From positions 59,860,815-59,924,814 of the forward strand of contig NC_068982.1 in the NCBI RefSeq assembly GCF_001194135.2: DNA of 64,000 nucleotides. The letters run 5' to 3'. Made by a program: the position numbers and the translations under genes. Positions within the stretch are counted from its first letter, which is position 1. Every line of letters begins with the position of its first letter. The notes beneath the pieces are model-generated. The model saw nothing but the letters and a program-made list of their open reading frames with translations. It did no database searches and was not told the DNA's origin. Below, one piece after another: positions 10,291 to 24,660 of this stretch. The DNA is from Octopus bimaculoides (lineage: Eukaryota).

Positions 10291-13200
10291 TCAGCCTTCC
10301 CTTCCCAAATAGTTAGGATATGAAAAAGTTTTGCTAAAAGTATATTATGGCATGAAGACAAGACTTAAGATGAGATTTTGTTGCTCAACACAAATAGTAA
10401 AGCTGCTCCAGTTCATTCAGCTGTAGAAATGAGTTGCGGTGTCACTGGTGTCATGCTGTATCAGCCTTTACCTTTTCCTTGGATAACATCAGTGGCATGG
10501 AGAGGGAAGGCTGGTATGCATGGACAACTGCTGGTTTTCCCTAAACAACTTTGCCAGGATTGTGCCTTGGAGGGGAACTTTCTATGTACAATCCCATGGT
10601 CTTTCATGACCAAAAGGAGTCTTTACTCTTTTTTTAACCCATTCAACACAAAGTAGGCTTTGCTGACTGCGACTTTTGTGCTGAATGCCTGGCTATATTG
10701 GATGCTATATTTTGGAGACATTCGCATTCTAATAGAGAACTAAGACCACTCAACTACATTTATACAATTGGCAGAGACATACAGCATGAAATTAAGATCC
10801 CACCAAATTTAATTGGCACAGAGATTCCTAGTATGGCATGGTGAAATGCCTTTTAGTTGTGGCTGCTTCATAAAGTTTAGCTGCTATCAAATTTTTATTT
10901 ATTTCTTAATTTTAATTATCAACAGAGGTGGACATATTTATTGCCAATAATGTAATATTATTTTTATCAAATAAAAAAAAATAGGTATAAGCAGAATAAC
11001 GTGTAATATGCTAGAGAGAGAAATCTGTGCTGATATTGATATGTGATGCATCCAAATTCCTTCCATCTGGATTGCTTAGCAATCCAAATAGAAAGAATTC
11101 CTCATTCTTTCACTTCTGCAAGAAGAGGAAATAATGTCAGTAGTTAATTATTTGTCCTTTTTCTAAAATTATATCTTTTTTTATCTTTAAATAATATTCA
11201 CTTGCATGTTCTTGTTTTGTGTTTATGTGGATGATTTTATTTCTTAAAACTATTAAATTATTTCCATATCTGAATCTAGTAGAAATCTATTTACAAAACT
11301 CATACAAAAATTACTTGCTGGTAACACGCCTTGCCACTTGTTGCAGTCCTTTGTCGTTTGCTTCATGAGGATCCATGTCCTGATATCAAACCCCACCACC
11401 ACCGTATCTTCCTCTTTGGCAAGCTCTTTCCACTTGGGTTATGTAGGAATCCAAATGGAAGGAATACCAAATGCATTACATGCCCATACCAGCACAGACC
11501 TCTCTCTCTCTCTCTCTCTCTCTCCTATATTATATCTAATTCCTCTTACACCCACATTTTCTCACTCAGTTTAAATAAAAATAAGCAGAAGCAAAGTCAA
11601 CCTCAGCAGAATTCGAACTCAGAATGTAAAGATGGATGAAATGCCACTAAGCATTCAACCTGGCATACTAACAATTTTGTCAGCTCGCCACTTTAATAAC
11701 AACAATATTACAATATTTCCAAATTTTATGAAAATTATTCAGGTATCTTCATATTTTGAAAATTAAAAATATTTTCTTTTTCTGCAATCAATCTTATTAG
11801 CCTTTTGTCTTCTAGCTATCATGATTTGAGATAATTATCTGTCCTTATTCTAAAACTATGTGTTTTCTATCTTTAACTCTTTCATTGTGAAGACTGTTCC
11901 AGAGTGACTTGGTATGATCATTCCCTTATGTACAGAGTACTCTGGAATGATTTGTAACCATGGGAACATTTGCATTGTCTGTATTGTCTGCTAGCCAGCT
12001 CTGAAGAATTATCTGGAAGAAAAGTACCCAGGCACAATGTTGACATTTATATTCAACTCATGAAGTGAAATGTCAGCCATATTCCCAAGGATTTTAGCCA
12101 AATAAACAAAAAAAGATTGCAAAAGTAAAGGAACTGGAAGTTTGTATACTTATGACAACATCAAGTATAAATAGCAGTGTACGTGTGTGTGTGTGTGTGT
12201 AATCATGTATATCGATGTGTGAGTATATATGATTGAATGATATACATTGTCAGACTTGTAAATGCTTAAAAGTTATGATTTGAGGATGCTGTTTAGACGA
12301 GTTCATCCTGATTGTATTGTGAACACAGTAACTGTAGTATACAATACATGTGAATTCTGTGCATGCTATGTAGGCCTAGTTTACATACATTATTTAACCA
12401 CTAATCAGTTGATTGGAATGCGAAAAAAAAAGGCAAAAAGTTCATGCAAGAATATTGGGCAGGTTTTGGTCTATAAGTGTTAAAACATGAATTGTTAAAT
12501 TCATTAAATTACATAAAATGTATTTGCACATGGGTTATGCCTACAAAAAGTATACCTCACTGAGATATTTAAATTATATTTACTTTCATGTTCTTGCTTT
12601 GTTTAAAGTTCGAAACTTTATTTCTTAAAAAAAAAATTATTTTTTCCATATTTGAATCAAATTGAAATCCATTTACAAAAACCCTACCATAATTTTATTT
12701 TTTAAAATTCTGAATATAATGTGATAGTATTAAATTATACAGCTGTCCAGTTTAAAACTGAACAGCTATATAGTTCATTGAATATATTATAATAATGAAC
12801 CCCTATACAATTTATCCTGAGAAACAGTTGATTTACAACTTATTTTGCAACAAACAGCATCGCAATTCCATTAGAATTTAGAAGTGAATTCTTGATGCTG
12901 AAAATTACAAAGCATTATTTAGCTGATATTTTTCAGAATTACTTCTGTTATCAATTTAACACTTCCTTTCACAAACATGAATGCAGAGTTCAGGTTAACC
13001 AAAGCTAAAATGAATACCTCACATTGTGTAACAGTGTATCATTAAAGTTAATAATTTCCCTGATAGACAACAACATATAGACATCTTTTGTATTTGGAAA
13101 CAATGGAATTTATAGTTTATAACATTAACCTGTGTTTACAAAGCAAAGGGATCTTTGTTCTTCAAATTGGAGGCGTTAAATAATTCTACCTATTTTTAGA

Positions 13201-13813
13201 ATCGAATTTCTATCTATCACTTAACCCTCAATAATTTACTGTTTATTACGAGAAAATTGAAAGAAATAATTACAAGAAAAATAGTAATTAAACATTAGTG
13301 GTTACTTGAGGATAATATATGCAATATAAGATGAAGATAATATAAATATGTGATCAGAAGTGATGGTAGGAGTTGGAGAAACAAAATGGTATGCTCCTGT
13401 AGCTAACATTCTAGATAGTGGTAAGCCAGAAGGACATGAAATCAGATTTCTTGGAATAATTAAAAATGTAACAAAAGCCATAGCAAATTACAGAGAGATA
13501 ATTTAATCAATAGATTCATGCTAGCATGGAAGTCACAAATAAAAATTAATAATATATTGCAGTTCCAAATATAGCAGCAGTTGTTCAATAAGTTGACTAC
13601 TTATGTAAACAGGAGTCAACATATGTAGTACATTACTTACCTTAATAAGACTTAAGAGTCAATGAAATGGTTGAAAATATAATTTAATAATCGCAGAATA
13701 GCAAGGGAAATAGTAATAAGACAACAGTATCATTGTTTAAACATCAACAAAAATTAACTGAAATGGCTTGCTACAGTTAATATAGATAGACAAATGCAAT
13801 ATATATATATATG

Positions 13814-14110
13814 TGGAGGCGCAATGGCCCAGTGGTAAGGGCAGTGGACTCGCGGTTGGAGGATCGCGGTTTCGATTCCCAGACTGGGTGTTGTGTATGT
13901 GTTTATTGAGCGAAAACACCTAAAGCTCCACGAGGCTCTGACAGGGGGTGGGTGGCGACCCCTGTTGTACTCTTTCACCCCAACTTTCTCTCACTCTTTC
14001 TTCCTGTTTCTTGAGTAACGCTGCAATGGACTGGCGTCCCATCCAGCTGGGGGAACACATACACCATAGACATCAGGAAACCAGGCCCACGAGCCTGGCT
14101 AGGCTTTAAA
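13814..14110 (+). mobile_element. SINE family B with V-like tail
   Basis: Near-identical to 4472-4780. Confidence 0.9.
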
Positions 14111-14130
14111 AGGGTGCATATAAATATATA

Positions 14131-14286
14131 TTGTGGTAGTAGAATAGTATTTAACTGCTATTTCTAAATTTCGGTATATGGTGAAGCAATTTTTGCTGAA
14201 CCCTAATTATAATTATGTTTATAATTATAAATCTTTTGTATAAGTTTACCGATAATGGTTTTTTAACATACCAAACTACTTGGTAA
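14131..14286 (+). repeat. Dispersed partial copy of the ~541-bp unit at 59867-60777
   Basis: agaatagtatttaactgctatttctaaatttcgg...gctgaaccctaattataattatg...taacataccaaactacttggtaa. Confidence 0.85.
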
Positions 14287-14847
14287 NNNNNNNNNNATAT
14301 ATATATATATATATATAAAGATAAATGATATTATCTTTATTGAGAATTATGTTACGATGAGTCACACAAATGTTTCATAGTTCCAGCTGACTACATGGTT
14401 AATATGTTGCCCTGAAGAATAACTATAGAGATGTATCAAAAGTGCCATTCCACCTTATAGGTTCATCCCAGCAAATAGCAATCTCTATTCCAATCAAGAA
14501 TCCAGGCTGCTGGGAAAGTTTATCACTATTGATTTGAAAATAATCCTATTTGAGAGCAGCTGGTATATCATTAGCTTGGAATCCTTCATCTGTCACATGA
14601 AAAAAAAATTGGTTGGATCTGGTGCCAGTTTTACTAACTTGTTACAAGAGAAAATATCAATGCATTTGTATTCCCTATGAAATTTTTGTCACCCCAAAAC
14701 AAGAAGACTGTAATACTATCCAGTCTTTAAGTATCTCTGCAATCTAACTGCACCAATTCCAGTTGCAACAAAAAAATAGCTGTGTTAGAGAAATTGTTAA
14801 AGAGACAAGGGACTAACTATATTTAGTAATGTGTAATATAAGCACAA

Positions 14848-15190
14848 ACATGGCTGTGTGGTAAGAAGTTTGCGTCCCGACCACATAGTTCCAGGTTCAT
14901 TCTTACTGCATAATAACTTGAGCAAGTGTCTTCTACTATAGCCTTGGGCTATAGTAGAAGACACTTTGATTGATGGAAACTGAAAGAAGTCCATTGTATA
15001 TATGTGCCTGTCCTCTACCACCACTTGTCAAACGATGTTGCTATGTTTACATCACCATAACTTAGCAGTTCAGTCAAAGACTGATAAAATAATTACTAGG
15101 CTTAAATTAAAGAAAAATAAATACTGGGGTCGATTTATTCAACTATGATTCTTCAGGTGGTGCCCCCAGCATGGCCATACTCTAATGGCT
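14848..15190 (+). mobile_element. SINE family A carrying an internal 20-bp perfect inversion
   Basis: Family A head and tail, plus a hairpin at 14924-14966. Confidence 0.8.
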
Positions 15191-17771
15191 GAAACAAGTA
15201 AAAGTTAAAAGATAAATGCAACAAACATTTTAATAATTTATTTTGATAAACAGAAAATTTCCAAGTGAAACATTTAAACAGATGACCCAAGTTACTTGAA
15301 CACCAAGTGGCTTTGCTCTTCAATGAATTTTTTTTTTCATCTTTTTATATGAGTTACCCCTACATGACAATAGCTTACTACTTGGAGTCAATAAAATGCT
15401 AACAGAGATATTCTATTTATGTAATTTCCAAAGTATTCAATTGATCAAGACCACAAGTATTTAGCTAATACTGATTTTTTAAAAAGTACTATATAAGATT
15501 AACAGAAAGTAAAGATCTCACTGTATATGATGAAACAGCTACAGAACATTCGACCATGTTTGTAAGCCTTTCATGAAATTCATGACAGTGATTCGTTCAA
15601 TCTTACAGTGTTTGTAGACTCAGATCAGTTGTTACTCACTTAGTCAAGGATAACAATACCAATTACCAATAGTCTTTTGTAGCAATACATGAACACTGTT
15701 GATTCATTACTTTAACATATGTTTTAAGGCAATAAGATTCTGTGACAAAATGAACTCGCAGACAAGAATCTTTTTTTTTATATTAACATTGACCTCTTGT
15801 AAACAGGAGAGCCTGAATACAAGTTGTTAATTGTGAGGATGAGCCATGATGGAATAAACCAAAAGGAAAAGAGCAAACTAATATGTATCAGAAACTTAAT
15901 CAAGATTATTTCATCATGCAGTCTTTTTTGTAAGCTCCAAAGAAAAAAGTAAATTAAGCAATATAAAAACAACATTAAAAAAGTACATGGAGATGAGAAA
16001 AATATATCGTTATAAAATCAATTCAGCTTTTTTATGTAACACATGATTACAGCATGATATGAAGATAGGAAATTTTGTGACTGTTATTTTGATTCAACAA
16101 CAATGCATACAACATTATTCTTGTTTAACAGTATATGGCCTTAACATAATAAAGAATATTGATGTCATTATTATTTGGATATACAGTATACAGATGTCAA
16201 TAAAGAGATGTGCCTATCACATTACTGCTATTTAAAATATTTTAATGTTATTTTTGAATTAGTTTTATCTATGTTTTTATGTTTTTTTATGAGTAAGAAT
16301 TAAACAAATTTTCAAGTTTAAACAACTGCATCATTGTTAGTCTCCCTGAAGAGAGAGTGCTAAGTATTTTACCAAATGATTTGTTAATAATGCTTGCAAT
16401 GTGTATTGAAGAAAAATTGTAAATCAAAATTCATAATTTACATTTTTACAGCTTTAAAATGAGAAAGAAAAGAAAATCTTAGAAAAAATATTTTTATTAT
16501 CACAATATAGATATTCCAGTGTGCTTTCGATTATAACAAAGCTTTTGTAAATTCCCTAGTTAATCACAGGAAAAGATTGTAAACTGCTCAGCGTTCAATT
16601 AGTTAAATAAAGTGCCATAACATTCTCACAAATCTTACTTACTCCATGGCATGACATTCACACAATCTTTTACACGGTTACAATAATTTTTAATGAAGAC
16701 AATCAAATAGCATTTTTTATCAGACAATTGCATAGCACTTTATACCAATTTGATAACAATAACTTGCTGAAACATGAAGCTTAAACCTCGTTCAAAATGC
16801 ATTCAAAGAAAACATCTTTTCTTACTATTTATTATTTGTGTTCTATGGACTAAATAGCTATTGTTATTGTTTTATCAATGCTTATTTTTTCTTATAGAAA
16901 GACATATCAAAGTATGTTAAATATGTAAAATAAGAAAAGATTATCATGATTTTGAAGGTATAATAGGGTTAATAAGTTTTTGTTAAGAAGAAAAGCCTCC
17001 CTCAAGGTTAATGGGTAGCAATAGTGAAACATAATTATACTAGTGTTAATAAGCCATGAAACATCTCCGGTAAAAAGCAACATAAGACAATGAGTAGTTT
17101 AAAGTTGTTCAATTATTTTCTTTGTTCAACAGAACAAAGAAAAGACATGCAGAAAGTGATCTTTGTTGATACAAAGGTTGGTATATTATACATTAATTTT
17201 GAGGGGAGGAATGGCAAAAAATTCTTCTTAACTCAAAAATGCAATTTGAAACACATATCATACATGGATAAAAACACGTAGTTTTTTTACAAATAGTAAC
17301 ATTTCAAATTCTTGTAATAAACATAATTTAGAGTCCAAAGCTTTGAATTTTTCTTGATACTAGAACTAACATTTTAGATTAATGTTTTTTTGCTTTTTTT
17401 TTTTTTGTCCGCTTTAGCTATTCCAGTTGCTAATCTTTCTCTACTAATATCTGTTCATATATAACTTCATTGATTTACTTTGAAATCAGATCTCTCAATC
17501 TGATGCTCTATCTTACTGTTATATGACTATATTATTGAAGTAATGTTTCACAAATACACACACTCACCAACATACACATGCATGCAGACACACATACATA
17601 TACATTACATACACACATGTATGCTAGGCTTTACTGAGTTTCCCAAAATGGTTTTGGTCAGCCTGAGGCGGCTATAGCAGCAACTATTTGCCCAGGTGCC
17701 ATGCAGGGTTGATTATGGCTGCAAAATGAATTTCTCAACCACATAGTCATGCATGAAGCTATATATATATA

Positions 17772-17819
<48 letters not shown>

Positions 17820-18098
17820 TGTACACACACACAAATACATACATATAGATATGAGTGACTTTTACAAAATTTCCAGTGATTAAGTCAGTTTCACTCACAA
17901 GGTATCAGTGAACCCATATGTAAAAGATAGGAAAATATCTTTCCATATTTTGATGAGAAAAGATATATTATATCTTGGAATATAATATAAAGCTATCATG
18001 TAGTGTAAAATGTTTTCACCATACCATAAAAATTCCTATGGCAGTTAACTTTGAAAGGCAATATTAATCTGTTTACATAAATTTCAACTTGCTTACAT

Positions 18099-18099
18099 G

Positions 18100-18140
<41 letters not shown>
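18099..18140. repeat. (ATT)n microsatellite
   Basis: Direct reading. Confidence 0.95.
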
Positions 18141-18229
18141 CATTTATGTGTCTTTACTGTATATCTTTGCCTATCTCATTGTCTGTCTTGTTCCTATCTC
18201 ACTTCTATCTTTTTTTTTGTTGTTAGCAA

Positions 18230-18420
18230 GTTTCTACAATGACTTACAAACTGTCATTGAGACGGAATCCTACTGTTAAAATTGGGAAAGCAGCCACCAC
18301 TCTCTTGAAAGTCTTATTAAGCTGACCTGGAATAATTCCAAACTGACTATCAAGACAACACTTTTGTTCACTAAAGTCTTCATCCTCAAACATCCTGTGG
18401 AATGAAAGTGAGATATGGAC
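18230..18420 (+). mobile_element. RTE/BovB-like RT remnant
   Basis: KIGKAATTL...NNSKLTIKT...ESEIWT with frameshifts, matching the RIGKA...W.N.KL..KTK...GSETW motif. Confidence 0.65.
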
Positions 18421-19140
18421 CTCGAAAAAAAAAAAAAAAACGGTAATAAAATAAATAAATAAACAAAAATAAAACAATGCTTAAAAACAAAGTAAAACAA
18501 ATAGAGAAAGCAGTAAATGGAATGTGTGTGTGTGTGTGTGAAAATAAATAAATAAATAAAAGTTTTCATTTCAGTTGTTTGAGCAATATTGTAAGACTCA
18601 CTGGAAAGATAACATTAACAACACCCAGTGTTATTACTGGGTGAAGCATACCAGGCATAACAACAAAAAAAATCAGTTCATGTGATGCAAAGTCATTGAA
18701 ACAGCATTAACAGCCAGTCTTACAGTCACTGCAATAGGAGTTCAATTCCAGACAGTAAAATGTTTATCATATGAAGAGAAAATGGTTACAGTTTACAGCA
18801 TTTGAGATGACACTTCAGAGTGAGAGATATGAAAACATATTAAATTAGAAGCATTTTGAGATGATAGGCAGGTTAATCCTTTTTCATAAAAAAGAAATAT
18901 GTTGGGAGAAGTCTGCAGAGTAATAGGCTGCAAAAATGGGAGGATGCTTGCATTATGATGAAGATTACTGAGTAAAATGTTTGAGTTATATATGTGTGTG
19001 TGTGTATGTATATTTATGCATATACATGTGTGTGTGTATATNNNNNNNNNNNNNNNNNNNNNNNNNNNNNNNNNNNNNNNNNNNNNNNNNNNNNNNNNNN
19101 NNNNNNNNNNNNNNNNNNNNNNNNNNNNNNNNNNNNNNNN

Positions 19141-19203
<63 letters not shown>

Positions 19204-19369
19204 TATGTAAATACATATATATATGTCTGTACATAATGCATACACACACACACACGCATATATATATGTATATGCACACTTAGACTTATGTATATATTCA
19301 CTTTGGTCTAGAAACCAGCATCACAGTAGGAATATAACTCCTTCACCTCACCCCCTTATCGGGTACATA

Positions 19370-20050
19370 ACTAACAAGATCAACCAGTTCACCTACCTAG
19401 GATGCTCAATCTCAACAGATGCCAAAACTGATAAGAAAGTTGATAACAGAGTGGTCAAAGCTAACAGTGCATTCGGCAGTCTGTACAAAAGAGTCTGGAA
19501 CATAACCATCTGAAGAAAGAAACTAAGATCATTGTATATAGAGCCGTCATTTTGGCCATCCTCTTATATATTTCAGAGTCATGGGTCATCTATCATGTCC
19601 TCCAATGACTCCTTGAGTGATTCTATCAGCAATGTCTTTGCATCATCCTCAGCATCCAATGGTGTGAATTTGTCACTAATATCAAGGTCCCAGAACAGAC
19701 GACGGTCACCAGCATTCAAGCAACTCTGCTGAAGACACAGCTACACTGGGAAAGACATATGGTGGATAATCGACCTCAGGAACTTGCCTTTGGTCACTGT
19801 GATAAATGAGCACCAAAGGAGAGGTACAAGGACTCCCTAAAGGAGTAATAAATTGATCCCCACCAGTGGTTTGTTTCAGCTGCTAACTGTGAAACCTGAC
19901 ATCTCATTGTCCACCAGGCAACTGCCTCCTGAGAAGACACTTGTAGGACTGACCATCCTTACAGAAAAGAGAAAAAGGAGGGAAAACAAGGTCACTACAC
20001 AATCAGCCTAGATCAACCTACCTTCCCACACAGGAATTTGATTTGCTATT
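19370..20050 (+). mobile_element. RTE-clade LINE RT/C-terminal remnant
   Basis: QFTYLGCSISTDAKTDKKVDNRVVKANSAFGSLYKRVWN...KIIVYRAVILAILLYISESW...QLHW, with stops. Confidence 0.85.
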
Positions 20051-21699
20051 GCAAAGAATTAATGAGATATGCAAGCTGCTTTCACACTTTAGCTCTTCAA
20101 GTAAGAATTTAAAATTGGAATTTGCTTGCCTTTGTCCTTTTCATTTCTCACCTGAAGGCAGGTATATAAATTTAGTAGTTTGTACTTTAGAAAACATTTA
20201 TCATTGTTGCTAACATTAATGATTGTACAGTACTGAGGTTTTCAAATCCATACAAAATGTTGCCAATAACTTGTTCTAAAATAAAGTGACTTTTCCTCAA
20301 TACTCTACTGCACGATATCTCGTAAATAATTTCATCTGTTTAATAAGGAACATCGTCACCAACAAATTCATCATCATCATCATCATCATCGTTTTACATC
20401 TATGTTTTTATGCTGGCATGGATTGGATAAGTTTTCTAAAGCAGTGTTTTATAAGAGGGTTGACAAGAAGTAGGCCAGATGTTGTTGTTCTTGCCAGCCC
20501 TTTTAGTTGCCTCATATGAGACATTCAAGTATGTGGTATGGCTATTAAAAACATAGATAAACTTAGTATGAACAGTATGAACAAAATATGACAATTAAAA
20601 TGCAACAGTAATCTCTTTTAAGATATGTTTTCATAGAAAATCTTGCCAAACTTATGCAAAAAGGTGTATATACAATATTGCTCTCCATATGTTATATTAC
20701 ACATAAGTGGTATATTTTCTGGATCAGTTTTGTTTGTGTGATCCAGAAGAAAGGCTATTAAGCTATCTGGCACTAGCTTGAATGCAAATCATCTAGTTAT
20801 TGGCCTTTGCCCGAAGACATAAAGTAATGCCTGTTACAGAATATAGACTTGGTACTTATTCATGAGTCAGACATCTGGAACTTTATCTTCTCAGCCACTG
20901 TATACCACAACATATGTGTGTATGTATGTGTATATGTATGTATGAATATATATATTTGTATTTGTATGTATGTGTGTGCACGTCAACTATGATAAAGGCA
21001 TAGGAACACAACTACAAATACTCATATAATCAGATACATTGTTTTTAACTATTGCATATTGTAATCTATATGTTCAATGAGAGAGAGAGACATATATTTA
21101 TGGGTAGTAGAGAAAGAGAAAGAGAAAGAAGGAGCAAGAGGCAGAATGATAGAGTTGAGGGTGGGAGACAGAATGGGAAGACAAATCAATGTATATACAG
21201 ACATCCATCCATCATTCTGCAAGAATACTGATAATTCCAATGATACTTGTTAAGTTGCATGAAACAATAAATAAAAAGCCGTTTTCTGTACAGCTGAACA
21301 CAGATGAAGCTATGTGCAGAGCAGTTTTCCCTATTTTAATGTGTCTAACAATAATAATAACAACTACAACACCATTATCAACAACAACAACAACAACAAC
21401 AACATTGAGAAAAGTATATGCTTGGTTGTATATGTCAGCACGTAAGGTGCAAGAAGCATTAGTGTCCTTTAGTTAAAAACTGTTTTTCGTGGGCTATTTT
21501 TGGATGACTTCCATCTGGCGAAGAAAGCAAATCTTCTTCACGACTCAATGTTTGTCAGGAAGTGTATTCGCAGTTACATATTTGTATTCCCACTGGTACA
21601 ATAAACGACACAGTTTCTGGTCAGGAAACCTTTCTGTTCACTTTGGCAGAGAAGAAAACCACTCATAAAAATAATGATAACAACTGAAACAACAACTAT

Positions 21700-21706
21700 A
21701 ATAAGG

Positions 21707-21737
<31 letters not shown>

Positions 21738-21870
21738 CAATAATAATAACTACTATTATTATTATAAAATAACTTAATAATAGTAAATAATAACATTTAA
21801 GGAAAAGGGGAAGGTGAAGATATCACAAACAACAACAACAATAACAATAATAACAATAACAATGATAATG
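21700..21870. repeat. (AAT/AAC)n compound microsatellite
   Basis: Direct reading. Confidence 0.85.
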
Positions 21871-22155
21871 CAAGGACAGTTAATAATAAGATTAGAAAGA
21901 AAAAATATAAGTAAATAAGATGAAAAATAAATCATTCAAGTGGTAAGCAATCTTTTATTGATTCCTATGTTTGTATGTGCTGCACATTCAATCAAATTCC
22001 TTTGTGTAAGCAACAATAGTATAAACAAGTGTTTATAGTGTATTGATTGGACTTAAGAAAAGTACAAATTTCAAAACATATGATACAGTGGGAAACAACA
22101 GAAAATATGGATGTTACCATTTGGTCCATGGAACAAGTTCAAATCTGCATGTTTG

Positions 22156-22204
<49 letters not shown>

Positions 22205-22268
22205 TGATGATGATGGTGATGATGATGATGATGGTGGTGATGATGATGATGGTGATGATGATGGTGGT
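22156..22268. repeat. (AAT)n(GAT/GGT)n compound microsatellite
   Basis: Direct reading. Confidence 0.95.
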
Positions 22269-22899
22269 GTTTTCAAATTTTGGCACAAGTCCAGCAAGTT
22301 CGAAAGATGGTGTAAGTTGATTATATCAACCCCAGTGTTCAGCTGGTACTTATTTTATTGACTCCCCAAAAGGAAAAAAGCAAAGTCAACCTTGGTTGAA
22401 TTTGGACTCAAAATCAAACGAAATCAAAAATGATAATAATAAATTTTCTTTCTAATCTTGGTCCAAGGGCTGTTGTTTTCAGGACAAGGGTTAAATGATA
22501 TTATAGACCACAATGCTAGACTGGTACTTTATTTTATCAACTCAGAGGGGAGAAAAACAAAAACAAAGTTGGCATTTGAACTCAGAATTGGCAGAATTTG
22601 AACTCAGGACATAAAGTGCCAAAAGAGACGTTGCATTTAGTTTGACCTGCCACAAGGTTTGATAAAAGAATTGAAGACAGTGCAGGTTAATACTGGAATT
22701 ATATTTCTAAAATATACACATTGTGTAAAGAAAGGAAATAAAAACATTGTAAACAAAATTGAAACAAAGAAAAGTACCTCAAAAGTGAAGTTATTAAGGG
22801 TTACTTATGAAAACCTCATAACAACGATGGTCACTCTGACCACTGGGCCAAGTGCCTTCTTCCAGCAATCCTTCTTCAATCTACAGGTGCATATGCAGA

Positions 22900-24660
22900 A
22901 CAGAATTATTCACTATCCTCATCTATCTTTCAACATATTTGCAGTGAAGGTTTACGGCATTTAGGGTTAGGGTTATGCCGAAGATGGGTGGTGTGCATAT
23001 TCTTTACCTCTGCCCATATTTACTTGGCAGCAACATGTCCTTCTCTATTCTCTTTTTTTTTTTTTTTCAAGAGAAGCTCACAAATGACTAAAAAAATACT
23101 AATGACAGCTTGACCAAAAGAGAAAGGAAAGGGTCTGTCTGTTTGCAGCCCTCTCACTCATACAATCTCTTCTGCCAAAGTCATCATACAGCAAAAGAGA
23201 AAAACTGCCCAGCCTTCCTAGCCAAAGATTAAAGCAGCCAGACGATCTCCCAATGGATTACTTGAGAGCAACCATCTGACATATCACCATAAGTCAGCAA
23301 TGTCCAGGCACTAGAGAAGTGTATCAAACTGATTTCTTTGCCCTGCGCACATCTTGGACAGGCCTGGTTGTATATTTTATCTTAAACCAGCAATGCACTA
23401 CGATAGCATAGCCAGACTAAGGTTTTCTGGAAATTATCCATAAACCCCAACCCAAAAGTTTTTCATAACTGACCAGCCAGTTGATTTTCATCGACTCCCA
23501 GACCTTCTCTGAGATTACTGTCACTTTTGCCTATCACTGATCCTCAATAGAAAAACTATGTGGAACTTTCATCGATTGCATTGCCTGACAGGCTGGTAGT
23601 ATCTGACGTCATCATTCAAGATGCCAAATATCCTGTCTCGGTTTTTGCTTGACATTGCCCTATAACTCTATCAAAGAGGCAAGTTGTGAAAAGAGAGTCT
23701 AACAATGACCAAATTTGTCCACGGTCAAGGAATTGCTGTGCATGTCACAGCATCAGCTCATGTCTGTACATCATTAACCACTACATGCCAAGTCCCCGCT
23801 GCAGCGAGTGCTGACTGTAAATAGAGCACCAGACCAGTGAAACATGCCCTTCCCTAAAATGTGGAATTGTAGATACTCTAGTATGATAAAATGGGGAAAT
23901 ACGTGACAATCAGGCATTAATAGATGATGGAAGCAATGTAGGCATTCACTACCTCAGTTCGATTTTTCAGAGATAGCTTCCTCTTGGTCCATTTCTGAAT
24001 GAGATTAGTCATGCTAATTGTCACTTCATCCGAGCTCTTCTCTATTTTGAGATGAAACCAAACCGCATACAATTTATCCAATCTGTCTGACAGCACTCCA
24101 TGATATTGTGGGTCGATATGAGCTGCCTTTCCAAATGCCTAGCCACAGGCTCACTGTTTTTTTTTTCCTGGTTGATTTTGGCTCTTGTTACCATCTCATA
24201 CACCCTTAAAGTGATATCGATTACACTGATGTGCTTAATGGCTGTCATTAAAGGCTTTCTGTATCAAAGTTCACACAAAATACCCCTCAGTGTCTCGAGC
24301 TTACACTGAGTCAAAAGTCAATACATACAGAGGAGCCAAGAGTTAATCTTTACAGATCAAGCACATAATACTGAATGTTTCTGATAGGTGGTCATTCAAC
24401 TTAGCTTTGGAGCAGATTTGCTATACATTGTTGAAGGAAAGTGAAAGAACCACTTACTTTGTTCCTGTGAAAGAATTCTTTTGTCTTTCCATCATGTAAT
24501 ACATCATCTAGAACTTCTTTTGAGGGCATAACGAAGCTTTACCCCTGATCTTCGTGAAGCATAAAGAAATCCCCTCTTTTACTCTAACTTGGACAAATTC
24601 CTCAAGGAGACATAATGCTACATTCCATCCTTTGAATGGGCTCAACAAATGTTTAAAACC
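22900..24660 (-). mobile_element. Decayed Tx1/L1-clade LINE ORF2 (end of RT domain to C-terminal zinc knuckle)
   Basis: Minus-strand fragments TLRVYEMVTRAKINQEK, IQKWTKRKLSLKNRTEVVNAYIASIIY and ACPRCAQGKE..LIHF (CxxC..E...H), with many stops and frameshifts. Confidence 0.8.

Noticed and set aside
22961-22975. TTAGGG telomeric repeat
   Set aside because: Only 2.5 units, inside the 3' end of a decayed LINE.
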